Shown: positions 16,780-27,290 of the stretch, one piece after another
How positions within the stretch are numbered: position 1 is the first letter of the stretch
How the letters are laid out: every line of letters starts with the position of its first letter
Virus record (IMG/VR): IMGVR_UViG_2700989365_000006
Direction: 5' to 3' (one strand)
Source of the DNA: a virus
Lineage: Duplodnaviria > Heunggongvirae > Uroviricota > Caudoviricetes
Length of the DNA stretch: 39,001 nucleotides
Notes under the pieces: model-generated
Told to the model about the DNA's origin: nothing
The model's input: only the letters and a program-made list of their open reading frames with translations
Databases searched by the model: none
Program-made: the position numbers and the translations under genes

Positions 16780-17875
16780 ACGGCTGCGTGATGAATCAAT
16801 TGCTCATGCAGTCTGGATATCCCGCTATAGCACTGGCGTGGCTGCCAGAATGGTGAAAATACTGAATGACAGCGATGCGGAACTTACTGCTCGCCTGCTG
16901 ATAGCACTGGACAGCCTCGATCCAGGTAGTTTTACCGTTAAGCGCCTGGAGTCACTTCTGGCGAGCGTCAGAGAGGTTAACCGCACTGCTATTAACAGCA
17001 TGTTTACCAGTCTCTCCGGAGAGCTGAACGAGCTGGCAATTTATGAGGCTGGTTATCAGTTAAGTCTGTTTGATTCTATGCTACCTGATTTTGTTGCTGA
17101 TGTTCACCCTCTGGTTGGTATCTCTCCTGATGCACTTTATGCCGCTGCAATGGCGCGACCATTCCAGGGACGACTGCTCAGTGAGTGGGCCTCAGATCTT
17201 GAGGCGGATCGGCTCAGACGCATAACAAATACAGTGCGTCAGGGTTTTTTGCTGGGGGATACCAATGAGCAGATCGCAAGAAAAATTCGGGGACATGTCA
17301 GTAAGGGATTTCAGGATGGTGCATTGCAGATGAGCCGGGCTAATGCGGCCAGCATTGCAAAAACAGCGGTTGGACATCTTGCTGCTACTGCCCGTGAGAG
17401 TTTTGCCAGCGCGAATAATGATTTGATTAAGGGTAAGCAATGGTTATCAACGCTTGATAATCGTACTACGCCACAATGTCGAATCAGGGATCGCCTCAAA
17501 TATACGCTGAATAATAAACCTGTAGGTCACAGCGTGCCTTATTTGCAGGGGCCGGGAAAAATTCATTTCTGCTGCCGCTCAACGGAAACGTTCATTCTGA
17601 AATCAGCGAAGGAACTGGGTATTGATGTTCGCGATATTTCCCCGGCTGAGCGGGCCAGCATGGATGGCGTGGTGGCCGGAGATACAACCTACAGGGAATG
17701 GTTTTTGCGTCAGCCTTACACCAGACAAAAACAGATTGTGGGGGAAAGCCGAGCAAAGCTGATTCGGGATGGTGGTATGTCGCCAGATGAATTTTACACC
17801 GATAAAGGCGAATGGCTGACGCTGAAGCAGCTCCGTGAGCGTGATGCACAGGTATTCAGAAAAGCAGGGATTTAA
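16760..17875 (+). CDS. head morphogenesis protein (Mu F / SPP1 gp7-like minor capsid protein)
   Basis: Position after the portal; conserved F-like core motif …WLSTLDNRTTPQCR…. Confidence 0.65.
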   Translation: MMQTVNERLRDESIAHAVWISRYSTGVAARMVKILNDSDAELTARLLIALDSLDPGSFTVKRLESLLASVREVNRTAINSMFTSLSGELNELAIYEAGYQLSLFDSMLPDFVADVHPLVGISPDALYAAAMARPFQGRLLSEWASDLEADRLRRITNTVRQGFLLGDTNEQIARKIRGHVSKGFQDGALQMSRANAASIAKTAVGHLAATARESFASANNDLIKGKQWLSTLDNRTTPQCRIRDRLKYTLNNKPVGHSVPYLQGPGKIHFCCRSTETFILKSAKELGIDVRDISPAERASMDGVVAGDTTYREWFLRQPYTRQKQIVGESRAKLIRDGGMSPDEFYTDKGEWLTLKQLRERDAQVFRKAGI

Positions 17876-17894
17876 ATAAATCATTTATTACAAC

Positions 17895-17921
17895 AGGCTA
17901 CCTTCGGGTGGCCTTTTTTAT
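17895..17921 (+). terminator. terminator-like hairpin after the head morphogenesis gene
   Basis: AGGCTACC-TTCG-GGTGGCCT (one G.U wobble, UUCG loop) followed by TTTTTTATT. Confidence 0.4.
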
Positions 17922-17979
17922 TGCTGCGATCCGGATGGTGAGCAGCGTAACTGTCGGAAGACTTAAACCAGGTACTAAT

Positions 17980-18744
17980 ATGAAACTGAAAACGGTCGAG
18001 ATTAACGGAAAACAATACGCAGAAATTGATACTGCTGGCCTGCCAGTTTATGTGCACGACGATGGTAAAGAAATTGGCTTCGATGCACCGCTGGCGACAA
18101 AAAAAATTACAGAGCTTAATGGCGAGGCAAAAAATCATCGCCTGGCTAAAGAAGCTGCAGAGGAAAAACTGGCTAAGTTTGCCGCTATCGAAGACCCGAA
18201 GAAGGCGATCGAGGCACTGGAAATGCTGTCAAAAATCGACCAGAAAAAGCTGCTCGATGCGGGACAGGTTGACCAGGTTAAGGCAGAAATTACGAAAAAT
18301 TTTCAGCAGCAATTAGATGAAGAAAAGCAACGCTCTCAGATGCTGGAGAAGCAGCTTTACGATTCTATGATTGGCGGTAGTTTTGCGGGTTCAAAATATA
18401 TTGCCGATAAAATTGCGATCCCGGCAGATTTATTACAAGCCCGCTTCGGGCAGGCATTCAAAGTGGAAGAAGGGAGGATCGTTGCTTATGACGCTTCCGG
18501 CAACAAAATTTATTCCCGCGCGAAGCCTGGCGAACTGGCGCAGTTTGATGAGGCGCTGGAGTTCCTTGTCGAAAATTACCCTCAGAAAGACTACATCCTG
18601 AAAGCCAGTGGCAACAATGGCGGCGGCTCCCGTCCGACACAGCATGATATTGGTCAGAAAACGATGAAACGCTCTGCTTTTGATGCACTGGATGTTGCAG
18701 GTAAGCAAAACGCATTGAAAGACGGTATCACAATCGTTGATTAA
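17980..18744 (+). CDS. scaffolding protein
   Basis: Preferred start ATG 17980 (MKLKTVEING…); the track's upstream extension overlaps the hairpin. Alpha-helical, charged, coiled-coil-like, directly upstream of the capsid gene. Confidence 0.5.
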   Translation: MKLKTVEINGKQYAEIDTAGLPVYVHDDGKEIGFDAPLATKKITELNGEAKNHRLAKEAAEEKLAKFAAIEDPKKAIEALEMLSKIDQKKLLDAGQVDQVKAEITKNFQQQLDEEKQRSQMLEKQLYDSMIGGSFAGSKYIADKIAIPADLLQARFGQAFKVEEGRIVAYDASGNKIYSRAKPGELAQFDEALEFLVENYPQKDYILKASGNNGGGSRPTQHDIGQKTMKRSAFDALDVAGKQNALKDGITIVD

Positions 18745-18842
18745 CACATTTGTCAGCTTCCGGATGGGAGCTGGTGTCAGGGCTGGATAGCTCATTACTC
18801 CATCTATTCACAATTACGCAAATTTTTAAGGAATATTTAATT

Positions 18843-19982
18843 ATGGCTGGAAATACCCTGACCGGGTTGATCCCGACTATTTATACCGCCCTGGATGTTG
18901 TATCCCGTGAGCAGGTAGGTTTTATCCCTGCGGTAGCAAAAAACGCAAAAGCTGACGCCGCAGCAAAAGATCAGACGGTAACCGCGCCAGTTGCGCCTGA
19001 GGCGAAAACCGAAGATATCGTACCGGGGCCGTCAGCTCCGAATACCGGTGATCAAAATATTGGCACTGTTGATGTAAAAATTACTAAATCCAAAATGGCA
19101 CCGGTTAAATGGAATGGTGAAGAACAACTGGCTCTTGGCCCTTCAGGGACTTACAACACCATTCTGGCTGATCAGTTCAAGCAGGCTTTTCGCGCCCTTG
19201 CAAACGAGGTTGAGGCTGATCTTGGTGCGTTGTATTTCGGTGCTTCCCGCGCCGTGGGAACCGCAGGGACAACGCCGTTTGGTGTTAAAGATGATCTTTC
19301 TGATGCTGCTCTGGCTCGTCAGGTTCTGGAGGATAACGGCGCACCGACAACCGATCTGCAGATGGTGCTTGGCTCCACTGCCATTGCTAATTTGCGCGGA
19401 AAACAGTCTGTATTGTTTAAAGTGAATGAATCCGGCACTGAACAGCTACTGCGTGAGGGCGTGTTGGGGCGTCTGGAGGGATTCAATATTCACAGTTCGG
19501 CAGGTGTGAAACGAGCGCCAAAGGTTGCTGCAACTGGTTATCTCGTGAATGGAGAGAAAAAAGAAGGCGATGTTCTTATTTCCATTGATACTGGTTCGGG
19601 GAGTATTTCTGCAGGTCAGATTGTTACGTTCGCTGGTGATCCGAATCAGTATGTTGTGGCAGCAGCGACCAGCAATCTGATTACTCTTGCAGCGCCCGGA
19701 CTGCGTCAGGATCTGGCCGATGATACTGCCATCACAGTTGTTGGGGCCTTTACTGCAAATATGGCGTTTGATCGCAACGCGTTTCTGCTGGCATCCCGTA
19801 CTCCGGCAATGCCGGAAGGTGGCGATAATGCTGATGATGTAATGAATGTTACGGACCCGATTTCAGGGATTACGTTCCAGATTGCACTGTATCGTCAGTA
19901 TCGCCAGGTGCGCTATGAAGTTGGACTGGCATGGGGTGTTTCATCAGTGAAGCCGGCACATGGTTGTCTGATTCTTGGTTAA
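18843..19982 (+). CDS. major capsid protein
   Basis: About 380 aa from ATG 18843 (MAGNTLTGL…), after the scaffold gene and followed by a strong terminator, which is typical of a highly expressed coat gene. Confidence 0.6.
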   Translation: MAGNTLTGLIPTIYTALDVVSREQVGFIPAVAKNAKADAAAKDQTVTAPVAPEAKTEDIVPGPSAPNTGDQNIGTVDVKITKSKMAPVKWNGEEQLALGPSGTYNTILADQFKQAFRALANEVEADLGALYFGASRAVGTAGTTPFGVKDDLSDAALARQVLEDNGAPTTDLQMVLGSTAIANLRGKQSVLFKVNESGTEQLLREGVLGRLEGFNIHSSAGVKRAPKVAATGYLVNGEKKEGDVLISIDTGSGSISAGQIVTFAGDPNQYVVAAATSNLITLAAPGLRQDLADDTAITVVGAFTANMAFDRNAFLLASRTPAMPEGGDNADDVMNVTDPISGITFQIALYRQYRQVRYEVGLAWGVSSVKPAHGCLILG

Positions 19983-19991
19983 ACATTCAAA

Positions 19992-20013
19992 CGGGGCTTC
20001 GGCCCCATTTTTA
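19992..20013 (+). terminator. rho-independent terminator after the capsid gene
   Basis: ACGGGGC-TTCG-GCCCC hairpin (UUCG loop) followed by ATTTTTA. Confidence 0.6.
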
Positions 20014-20025
20014 ATGGGGGGCATA

Positions 20026-20201
20026 TGGCCGGATTAACTAAAGAGCAAAGAGCACAGCGTGAAGCCGCACAAAAAACGCAAATTGAGTTAGTGGTTATGG
20101 TGACCGATTATCAGATGTTTCCCGGCGCACCAACTATCGCTAATGTTCATCCTGATGAAGTTGACAACTGGAAGGCTATGGGCTGGAAAACTCAGGAGTA
20201 A
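20026..20201 (+). CDS. small protein (58 aa, below the ORF-track cutoff), function unknown
   Basis: ATG 20026 after a G-rich RBS; MAGLTKEQRAQREAAQKTQIELVVMVTDYQMFPGAPTIANVHPDEVDNWKAMGWKTQE; stop at 20199-20201, 3 nt before the next gene. Confidence 0.3.
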
Positions 20202-20204
20202 CAC

Positions 20205-20600
20205 ATGATCACTTACGTGACCTGTGATGACGTTGATAATGCGTTTGGGAACGCCTGGACGAGTGAGAACGCTAAAAATAAAGCTGTTTTAATGGCTAAT
20301 GCCTGGCTTAATGGCTTCAACCTGAAAATTAACCCATCCCGTATTCCGGAAGAGGTAAAACTTGCGGGAGCATATGCAGCCAGAATTGCCTCATTCGGTA
20401 AGTTGTTTCAGCAGAAAAATGATTCTGGCGTTGTTATCAGTAAAGCCGTGTCGGCTGACGGGGTCAGTGTATCGAAATCATTTTCTGAGTTGCCAGCAAA
20501 CAGCACTGCATTGCTTGAACCCGATTTACAGCTTGCGATAGCACTGCTGAAACCGTACGGACTTAGTCGCTCACAAGTCAGGGTTGTGAGGGGGGGATAA
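20205..20600 (+). CDS. head-tail connector / adaptor protein (putative)
   Basis: 131-aa ORF in the tightly packed head-tail joining block; stop overlaps the next start. Assignment by position only. Confidence 0.4.
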   Translation: MITYVTCDDVDNAFGNAWTSENAKNKAVLMANAWLNGFNLKINPSRIPEEVKLAGAYAARIASFGKLFQQKNDSGVVISKAVSADGVSVSKSFSELPANSTALLEPDLQLAIALLKPYGLSRSQVRVVRGG

Positions 20601-20983
20601 TGGGGCTTCGTGAAGAGATTCAGTCAGAGGTTGCCGCTGCTTTTGATGAGGATTTAGCGGACGCCGTGAGTGATTTTTCTGGTTCTTACGTTACGCACCG
20701 GCACTGGGATCCTGTGACGGAAACTGGCGGCGAATCCACCGCAATCTATACCGGGCGAGGCGTGTTGACACGTTATAAGCTGGGCAGAATTGATGGGATT
20801 AATATTTTGCATGGTGACCTTAAATTAACCGCTCTGGTATGCGAGGTTACGGATAAACCAGCTGTCGACCATATTATTGAGATTTATGATCCTGTATCAA
20901 GGCAGTTACAACGATACGAGGTAATTACAGCAAGTGTAGATCCTTCCGCATCAGTTTACTCTATCCAGTTAAGGAGAGCGTAA
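20600..20983 (+). CDS. head closure / head-tail joining protein (putative)
   Basis: 127-aa ORF, coupled to its neighbours; assignment by position. Confidence 0.4.
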   Translation: MGLREEIQSEVAAAFDEDLADAVSDFSGSYVTHRHWDPVTETGGESTAIYTGRGVLTRYKLGRIDGINILHGDLKLTALVCEVTDKPAVDHIIEIYDPVSRQLQRYEVITASVDPSASVYSIQLRRA

Positions 20984-21364
20984 ATGGCAAAGGCATGGGA
21001 TATAGAACCGTCAATATTTGCCGGGATGATTGAGGAAGATGTAGGGCTGAAGATTCGCTACATCGCTATGCAGATTCTTACTGCTATTGATATTGCTGCT
21101 CCGGTTGATACCGGACGTTTCAGAAATAACAACCTGGTGTCGTTACAGCATCCCGATTTTGGTATATCTGATAACGTGGATCCGAACGGTACGATTGCTG
21201 TTCAGCGTGGGATCGGGGTTATTTCGAAAGCTGCAAATTACGGGGTTATTTATATCCAGAATAACCTTCCTTATGCAGAGGCTCTTGAAAACGGTCATTC
21301 ACAACAAGCGCCAACTGGCGTGTATGCCAACGCTTTTCATGGTGTTTTACAGGCTTACAAATGA
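20984..21364 (+). CDS. tail-proximal neck protein (putative)
   Basis: 126-aa ORF in the joining block; assignment by position. Confidence 0.4.
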   Translation: MAKAWDIEPSIFAGMIEEDVGLKIRYIAMQILTAIDIAAPVDTGRFRNNNLVSLQHPDFGISDNVDPNGTIAVQRGIGVISKAANYGVIYIQNNLPYAEALENGHSQQAPTGVYANAFHGVLQAYK

Positions 21365-21753
21365 AGTTTACTGAAATCAGAAATACGGTTATTTCCAGAA
21401 TGACGGCACAGACGATTATTGATGGAAAAGACGTATTGTATCCGAACGGGCCAACGTTCGATCCTTCCGGTAAGTTAATCTGGGCGCGGTTAAGTAATAT
21501 TCCCGGGCAGGCTGGAGTTAATGAAATTGGCGCGGGGCCGGTTGTTTATCGCACGGGGATAATCATTATTCAGTTATTTGTCCCCGCAGGTTCTGGTTCA
21601 AAACTCATTACTGAGACAGCCGATAAATTGCGGGAACTGTTTGAGTTTCAGGATGACGATCGTCTCAGTTACCAGGCTGTTTCCTCAATAGCCGTTGGCG
21701 AAAAGAATGGCTGGTTCCAGCTTAATCTTCAAATTCCATATCGCGCGCTCTAG
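21361..21753 (+). CDS. tail completion / tail terminator protein (putative)
   Basis: 130-aa ORF immediately upstream of the tail tube gene; ATGA overlap with the previous gene. Confidence 0.4.
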   Translation: MKFTEIRNTVISRMTAQTIIDGKDVLYPNGPTFDPSGKLIWARLSNIPGQAGVNEIGAGPVVYRTGIIIIQLFVPAGSGSKLITETADKLRELFEFQDDDRLSYQAVSSIAVGEKNGWFQLNLQIPYRAL

Positions 21754-21779
21754 CGCAATTAATGACATAGGAGGCTCCT

Positions 21780-22742
21780 GTGAGTTCAGGTGCAAAGGTT
21801 ATCTCGGCATTTATCCGGGAGACGGTTGCAGGCACTACGCCAGCAAGTGGTGACTGGAGTTTATTAAAACGCACAAGCTGGGGAGTAAAACCCACCCAGA
21901 ATAAAGGCGAAAATAATGAGATTGGTGGCTCCCGGATGGCTCAGGGGGCGACGCCTGGCACTGTGGATGTCGGCGGTGATGTTGGTACCAAATTTCGCTG
22001 GGGTCAACATGATGATTTTCTTGCATCCTGTTTCGGCGCGGAATGGTCAGGCGATTCTCTGACAATGGGGAATGAGCGAATAACATTTTCTCTGGCGACC
22101 TATGCGTCCGATGTCGGAATTGCCTCTGTCGTCAGAGGAGCGCAGGTTGGCTCATGGAAAATGCAGATCCCTAACGACGGCGATATTACAGCGACCGTAA
22201 CCTTTGCCGGACTGGACTGGGAATCAAAGGCCGATGATACGAATTTTATCAAAGGCGAACCTGTGGATAGTGCAGGAAAGCTACGTTATTCGTTTAAGGA
22301 GGTTTCAGCAGTAAGCCTGAATGGTGTTGCCGGAGGTAACGGTTTTTGTATCGACAGTTTTGATATTCAGTTCGATAACAAACTCCAGACACAGCGTTGT
22401 ATCGGGACTGGCTCGCCTTATGCAGGAGCAAATATTCCGACTACTTTTACACCGTCCGGTACGGTGACGCTTTCATGGTCTAAAGCCGCGTGGGAAATCT
22501 GGAGTAAAACACTGACTGGAGAAACAGTTCCGTTCAGCTTCACGCTTTCGAATGGAGAGGGGGCATACACTTTCAGTTTCCCGAAGGTTCAGGTGTCAGG
22601 TGAATGGCCTGATGGGGGTAATAGCGACATTATCCAGGTTCAATTGAGCATTACCGCAGCAGATGAAGCACCTACGATAACCAGAAAAAAAAATTCCCCG
22701 GCTGCCGTGATCGCAAAAGCCAGTGCTGAGGCGATTAGTTGA
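21780..22742 (+). CDS. major tail (tube) protein
   Basis: GTG 21780 after AGGAGG; 320 aa; sits directly before the G/GT chaperone pair. Confidence 0.5.
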   Translation: MSSGAKVISAFIRETVAGTTPASGDWSLLKRTSWGVKPTQNKGENNEIGGSRMAQGATPGTVDVGGDVGTKFRWGQHDDFLASCFGAEWSGDSLTMGNERITFSLATYASDVGIASVVRGAQVGSWKMQIPNDGDITATVTFAGLDWESKADDTNFIKGEPVDSAGKLRYSFKEVSAVSLNGVAGGNGFCIDSFDIQFDNKLQTQRCIGTGSPYAGANIPTTFTPSGTVTLSWSKAAWEIWSKTLTGETVPFSFTLSNGEGAYTFSFPKVQVSGEWPDGGNSDIIQVQLSITAADEAPTITRKKNSPAAVIAKASAEAIS

Positions 22743-22790
22743 TTTTCCGTTATTCCTCCTGTGGTACTGCCCTACAGGGGGACGCATTGA

Positions 22791-23252
22791 ATGAGGTTAT
22801 GGATGTTTATTCTTAATCAGAAAATTATCATTGGTGGAGAACGCTGGTTTACGCCAATGAAGGACTTAAAACCTGTAGACGGGTTAAAACTGTTGGTGGC
22901 AAGCAGCGATAACGATCAGTATCGCTCCCGTAATGCATTAATCCGTCGCCACATTGAGAAAATGGATGCCAGTTTGCACGTCGGAACGAAGGAGTTTGAT
23001 ATTTCAAAGGTTTCCGAGGTGGATTCTGTTGATGATTTACTCATTGATAATGCCGCTCGTTATCTGCTGAAAGACTGGAAAGGGGTTGGTGAACTGGTTA
23101 ATGGTGTTGAGGTTGCACTGGAATATACGGCAGAACGAGGGATCGCGCTGCTTAAGCAGAATCCAGAGTTGTACTGGCAGATCCTTGCAGAAGCAGCCAG
23201 CATCGCCCAGGGTAAAGAGCAGCAGAAGCAGGATACGATAAAAAAGCCATAG
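22791..23252 (+). CDS. tail assembly chaperone G
   Basis: ATG after GGGGGA; acidic protein of about 150 aa between the tail tube and tape measure genes; ends just after an A_AAA_AAG slippery heptamer. Confidence 0.6.
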   Translation: MRLWMFILNQKIIIGGERWFTPMKDLKPVDGLKLLVASSDNDQYRSRNALIRRHIEKMDASLHVGTKEFDISKVSEVDSVDDLLIDNAARYLLKDWKGVGELVNGVEVALEYTAERGIALLKQNPELYWQILAEAASIAQGKEQQKQDTIKKP

Positions 23253-23560
23253 CTGCCCAGCGGTGGTTATCGGAGTTCGGGGGAGAAAGGGGGGAAAAGG
23301 CAAGATGGAAGCGAGAAAAACTCAGGTTGCCACCGATACCGGAACCAGAAATAGACCCGGTGCTTAAGGAGTTGTTGTACGCCTATTCGGTAATATCCCG
23401 TGCCCGACGTTATGCTGGAATGGCTGGGGTGCCTTTGCCTTTATCTCTGACAGAGATAAATGAATATTTAGCCACTCATCCGGTATTGATTGAGCGCGAT
23501 GAATTTGAAGCAGTGATCTTTGCACTGGATGACCAGTATTTTCAGGAGCAGTGTGTGTAG
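23240..23560 (+). CDS. -1 frameshift extension of the tail assembly chaperone (GT product, T-like domain)
   Basis: Slippery heptamer A AAA AAG at 23240-23246, two codons before the G stop. The -1 frame is open from there to 23560 and encodes …PPIPEPEIDPVLKELLYAYSV…. Confidence 0.5.
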   Translation, partial: KKAIAAQRWLSEFGGERGEKARWKREKLRLPPIPEPEIDPVLKELLYAYSVISRARRYAGMAGVPLPLSLTEINEYLATHPVLIERDEFEAVIFALDDQYFQEQCV

Positions 23561-23680
23561 TTGTTAATTACGTACACTCTGTTACAGAGATGTGATGGTG
23601 TCTTTAATTAAATCGATGATGCTCCTGGAGAAAAGCATTGCGTGGCCTCGTAATCGCTATATCTACTATTATGTCGCCTG

Positions 23681-23707
23681 AAACCCACTTCGCGGTGGGT
23701 TTTTTGT
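23681..23707 (+). terminator. terminator-like hairpin within the late operon, upstream of the tape measure gene
   Basis: AAACCCAC-TTCGCG-GTGGGTTT followed by TTTTG, 19 nt before the tape measure start. Confidence 0.35.
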
Positions 23708-23725
23708 TGTCAGGAGTTTTAATAA

Positions 23726-26700
23726 ATGGCAGAGCAAACCTCGCGTCTCGCAATAATTATTGATAGCACTGGAGCGAAAAATAATGCTGACAATCTGACC
23801 TCCTCATTAGTCAAAATGACGCAGGCTGGGGAAACTGCTGCAAATAGCGCAGGGAAAGTGACTAAGGCAACAGAAGATGAGAAGAACGCGCTCGCAAAAT
23901 TAAAAGCAGCTATTGATCCAGTTGGTGCCGCAATTGATACTGTCGGTCGACGCTATTCTGAATTAAAGAAATTTTTCGATAAAGGGCTTATTGATAAAGA
24001 AGAATATGAATTTCTTGTCCGTAAACTTAATGAAACCACAGAGGAATTGAGCGGGGTTGCGCAAGCGCAGAGAGAAGCCGAGAAGGCCGGAAAACTTGCT
24101 GCCGCCCAGCAGGAAGCGCAGGCTCAGGCCTTTCAAAGAATGCTGGACAAGATCGACCCTCTGGCTGCGGCGCTAAGAAATCTTGAACAACAGCATGATG
24201 AACTTAATGCTGCGTTTGCATCCGGGAAAATAAATGGTTCTCAGTTTGAGAATTATAGCCGAAAAATACAGGAAACACGGCGAGAGCTTACCGGAGAGGC
24301 TCAGGCAGAGCGAGAAGCAGCAAAAGCGCATGATGAACAGGTTGTTGCTTTGCAACGTCTGATTGCTCAACTTGATCCTGTCGGAACTGCTTTTAATCGT
24401 CTGGTAGAACAACAGAAACAGCTCAATGAAGCAAAAGCTAAGGGGATGCTTTCTCCTGAAATGTATGAGGAGCTTTCTGGAAAACTTCGTGCTATGCGGA
24501 GTGAGCTTGAGGTTACTCAATCACAATTAAGCAAAACCGGAATGTCGGCAAAACAAACGGCTTTTGCTATGCGCATGTTGCCTGTACAAATGACGGATAT
24601 TGTTGTTGGGTTGTCCACTGGTCAGTCGCCATTTATGGTGTTAATGCAGCAGGGCGGCCAGCTAAAAGATATGTTCGGTGGGATTGGCCCGGCGATCAAA
24701 GGTGTAGGTTCTTATGTGCTGGGATTAATTAATCCTTTTACCCTGGCCGCAGCAGCCGTTGGGGTCTTAGGACTGGCTTACTATAAAGGCTCTCAGGAGC
24801 AGGACGAATTTAATAAATCTCTTATTCTTACCGGAAATCAGTTGGGGACAACCAGCGGGCAATTGGGCGATATAGCTCAACGTGCCGGGAATGCGGCTGA
24901 TTCGACAACTGGTGCTGCGGCGGCAGTATTAAATCAGCTTGTGCGTTCGGGAAAGGTAGCGAGCAGTTCGCTGGAGCAAGTGACGACAGCGATAGTAAAA
25001 ACGAGCGAAGTAACAGGAATATCAACCGAACAACTGGTTAATGACTTCAATGAAATTGCAAAGGATCCTGTCAGTGCCATATCAAAACTTAATGATCAGT
25101 ACCATTTTCTGACACTTGCGACTTATAACCAGATTAAGGCGCTACAGGATGAAGGGAACCAGCAGGAGGCCGCCCGCATTGCGACAGAAGAATACTCATC
25201 CTCAATGATCCAGCGCACCAACCAGATTAAAGAAAATCTTGGTTATCTTGAGACTGCATGGAAAGCTGTCGCAGACTCCGCAAAATGGGCATGGGATTCC
25301 ATGCTGGATATTGGCCGTGAGGCCTCCCTTGATCAAAAAATCTCAGATGTTCTCCGTCAAATTGATGAAATAGAAAAAAATACCCGACCCGGAGTTTTCG
25401 GGTTAGGTGGCATTGGAGATGGCGGAGCTCAAAATAAAAGGCTGGCACGATTAAAGCAGCAATTGGGCGTACTTCAAGCAGAAAAAATTGCTCAGGACGT
25501 ACTAAATTCATCAATAAACGATTACAACAAGCGACAACAGGAAGGAATTGAACTCAGACAGAGAGCAGATGCCTTTTCAAAACAATATCAGACCCGGGAG
25601 CAGCAGAGAGCTAGTGAACTTGCAAAACTGGAAAAGCTAAAGAATCAGTATTCAAAGGAAGAATATAATAATCTTATCGCTCAAATAAATGAGCGTTATA
25701 AAGATCCAAAGCAACCAAAGGCGAAAGGTTATTCTGATGATGCAGCCCAACGAATGATTGATCATCTGAATCAACAGAATGCGTTACTAAGTTCACAAGC
25801 TGAGTTGACCGTTAAATTAAGTTCCTCTGAACAGGAACTGGTTAAGTGGCGTCAGCGGATTGCCGACCTAGAGTCACGACCATCATCGAAATTAACCCAG
25901 GATCAGAAATCGCTTCTCTTACACCGGGAAGAAATAACCACGTTGATGGAGAAAAATGTTGCGATTGAAAAAAATAACAGGCTAATCAAGGAATCCGCCG
26001 AAATAACAGCATGGCGTGATTCATTGCAGGCTTCGATTGATAATCGTCAGCAGGGGTATGATATTCAGATTGCTGGTTATGGGGTTGGCGATAAAAATCA
26101 GCAACGCCAGCAGGAATTACTGCGGATTGAACATGGATATAACAATCAGCGTCTGCAACTTGAACGTGACTATGCAGATAAATCCCGTGGAATGTCAGAT
26201 CATGTTTTTCAAGAGAAAATGCAGGCTCTGAATGATGCTCTGGAACGGGAAAAAGAAATTGTCAGACAGAAAAACGAGCAGCTCGATATTCAGGCAGGAG
26301 ACTGGGTTAGTGGTGCCTCCCAGGGATTCAATAACTGGCTGGATGACACTAAGGATATCAGTGAGCAGATAAAATCAACCACGACTCAGATGTTTGATGG
26401 GATGACCGATGCGCTGGGTGATTTTGTCACGACAGGCAAGGCAAATTTTCGTTCTTTCGCTACTTCCGTGATTTCGGATCTTAGTCGAATAGCATTAAAG
26501 GCTTCAATTACTGGGATTTTCGACAGCATTAGTAACAGTTCTTCTGGGGGGATTTTAGGAACTATCGGGAGTGCTATTAGTAAATTTATTCCGAATGCAA
26601 AGGGCGGTGTTTATGAGTCTCCGTCATTGAGCACGTATTCGAACGGTATTTATGATTCCCCGCAATTTTTTGCTTTTGCAAAAGGGGCTGGTGTTTTTGG

Positions 26701-26959
26701 TGAGGCTGGACCGGAAGCCATTATGCCATTAACACGAACTTCCGATGGTTCTCTTGGTGTCAGAGCTATTAATAGTAAAAGTGGTAATGGAGGCGGAGAT
26801 ATTACCTATGCCCCTGTATACCAAATCACTATTCAAAATGACGGCCAGAATGGAGAGATTGGCCCTCAGGCAATAAAAGCACTTATGGGGATGGTTGATC
26901 AGCGGGTGCAGGGCAATCTGTTAAATATGCGACGTGATGGGGGAATGTTAAGTGGCTAA
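23726..26959 (+). CDS. tail tape measure protein
   Basis: 1077 aa; long alpha-helical, coiled-coil-rich N-terminal half, central hydrophobic segment, Gly-rich C-terminus; between GT and M. Confidence 0.8.
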   Translation: MAEQTSRLAIIIDSTGAKNNADNLTSSLVKMTQAGETAANSAGKVTKATEDEKNALAKLKAAIDPVGAAIDTVGRRYSELKKFFDKGLIDKEEYEFLVRKLNETTEELSGVAQAQREAEKAGKLAAAQQEAQAQAFQRMLDKIDPLAAALRNLEQQHDELNAAFASGKINGSQFENYSRKIQETRRELTGEAQAEREAAKAHDEQVVALQRLIAQLDPVGTAFNRLVEQQKQLNEAKAKGMLSPEMYEELSGKLRAMRSELEVTQSQLSKTGMSAKQTAFAMRMLPVQMTDIVVGLSTGQSPFMVLMQQGGQLKDMFGGIGPAIKGVGSYVLGLINPFTLAAAAVGVLGLAYYKGSQEQDEFNKSLILTGNQLGTTSGQLGDIAQRAGNAADSTTGAAAAVLNQLVRSGKVASSSLEQVTTAIVKTSEVTGISTEQLVNDFNEIAKDPVSAISKLNDQYHFLTLATYNQIKALQDEGNQQEAARIATEEYSSSMIQRTNQIKENLGYLETAWKAVADSAKWAWDSMLDIGREASLDQKISDVLRQIDEIEKNTRPGVFGLGGIGDGGAQNKRLARLKQQLGVLQAEKIAQDVLNSSINDYNKRQQEGIELRQRADAFSKQYQTREQQRASELAKLEKLKNQYSKEEYNNLIAQINERYKDPKQPKAKGYSDDAAQRMIDHLNQQNALLSSQAELTVKLSSSEQELVKWRQRIADLESRPSSKLTQDQKSLLLHREEITTLMEKNVAIEKNNRLIKESAEITAWRDSLQASIDNRQQGYDIQIAGYGVGDKNQQRQQELLRIEHGYNNQRLQLERDYADKSRGMSDHVFQEKMQALNDALEREKEIVRQKNEQLDIQAGDWVSGASQGFNNWLDDTKDISEQIKSTTTQMFDGMTDALGDFVTTGKANFRSFATSVISDLSRIALKASITGIFDSISNSSSGGILGTIGSAISKFIPNAKGGVYESPSLSTYSNGIYDSPQFFAFAKGAGVFGEAGPEAIMPLTRTSDGSLGVRAINSKSGNGGGDITYAPVYQITIQNDGQNGEIGPQAIKALMGMVDQRVQGNLLNMRRDGGMLSG

Positions 26960-27290
26960 TACGGAAGAATTTCACTGGTTACCAGAGGATGGAATGAAAA
27001 CAGAAAATAAACCATCGATAAAAACTGTAAGATTTGGTGATGGTTATGAGCAACGAAGTCCAAATGGACTTAATCATTCTCTGCGCGTTTTCACCTGTGA
27101 TTTCAAAGTTGAGGCGAATGAACGTGATTCATTTGAAAAATTTTTAGCCCGGCATGAAGGCTATAAATCTTTTTTTTGGCGCCCGCCGGGTATTAACAGA
27201 AAAATCAGAGTGGTGTGTCGAACGTGGTCAGCGACAGAACATATCACCTATACCGATTTTTCGTGTCAGTTTGACGAAGTGGTGATCTGA
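26952..27290 (+). CDS. M: minor tail protein M
   Basis: 112 aa; conserved RFGDGYEQR…WRPP… pattern matches lambda gpM as recalled. Confidence 0.8.
   Translation: MANTEEFHWLPEDGMKTENKPSIKTVRFGDGYEQRSPNGLNHSLRVFTCDFKVEANERDSFEKFLARHEGYKSFFWRPPGINRKIRVVCRTWSATEHITYTDFSCQFDEVVI

Noticed and set aside
17908-17979. Track's upstream start for the scaffold ORF (MAFFIAAIRM…)
   Set aside because: The extension runs through the terminator hairpin and T-run at 17895-17921 and has no RBS; ATG 17980 is the more plausible start.
18026-18316. 96-aa Arg/Lys-rich ORF and other internal alternative-frame ORFs (for example 11947-12240, 13661-14056, 19114-19425, 21087-21374, 24173-24520, 26016-26231)
   Set aside because: All are fully embedded in well-supported genes in a different frame or strand, with low-complexity composition and no independent start signals.
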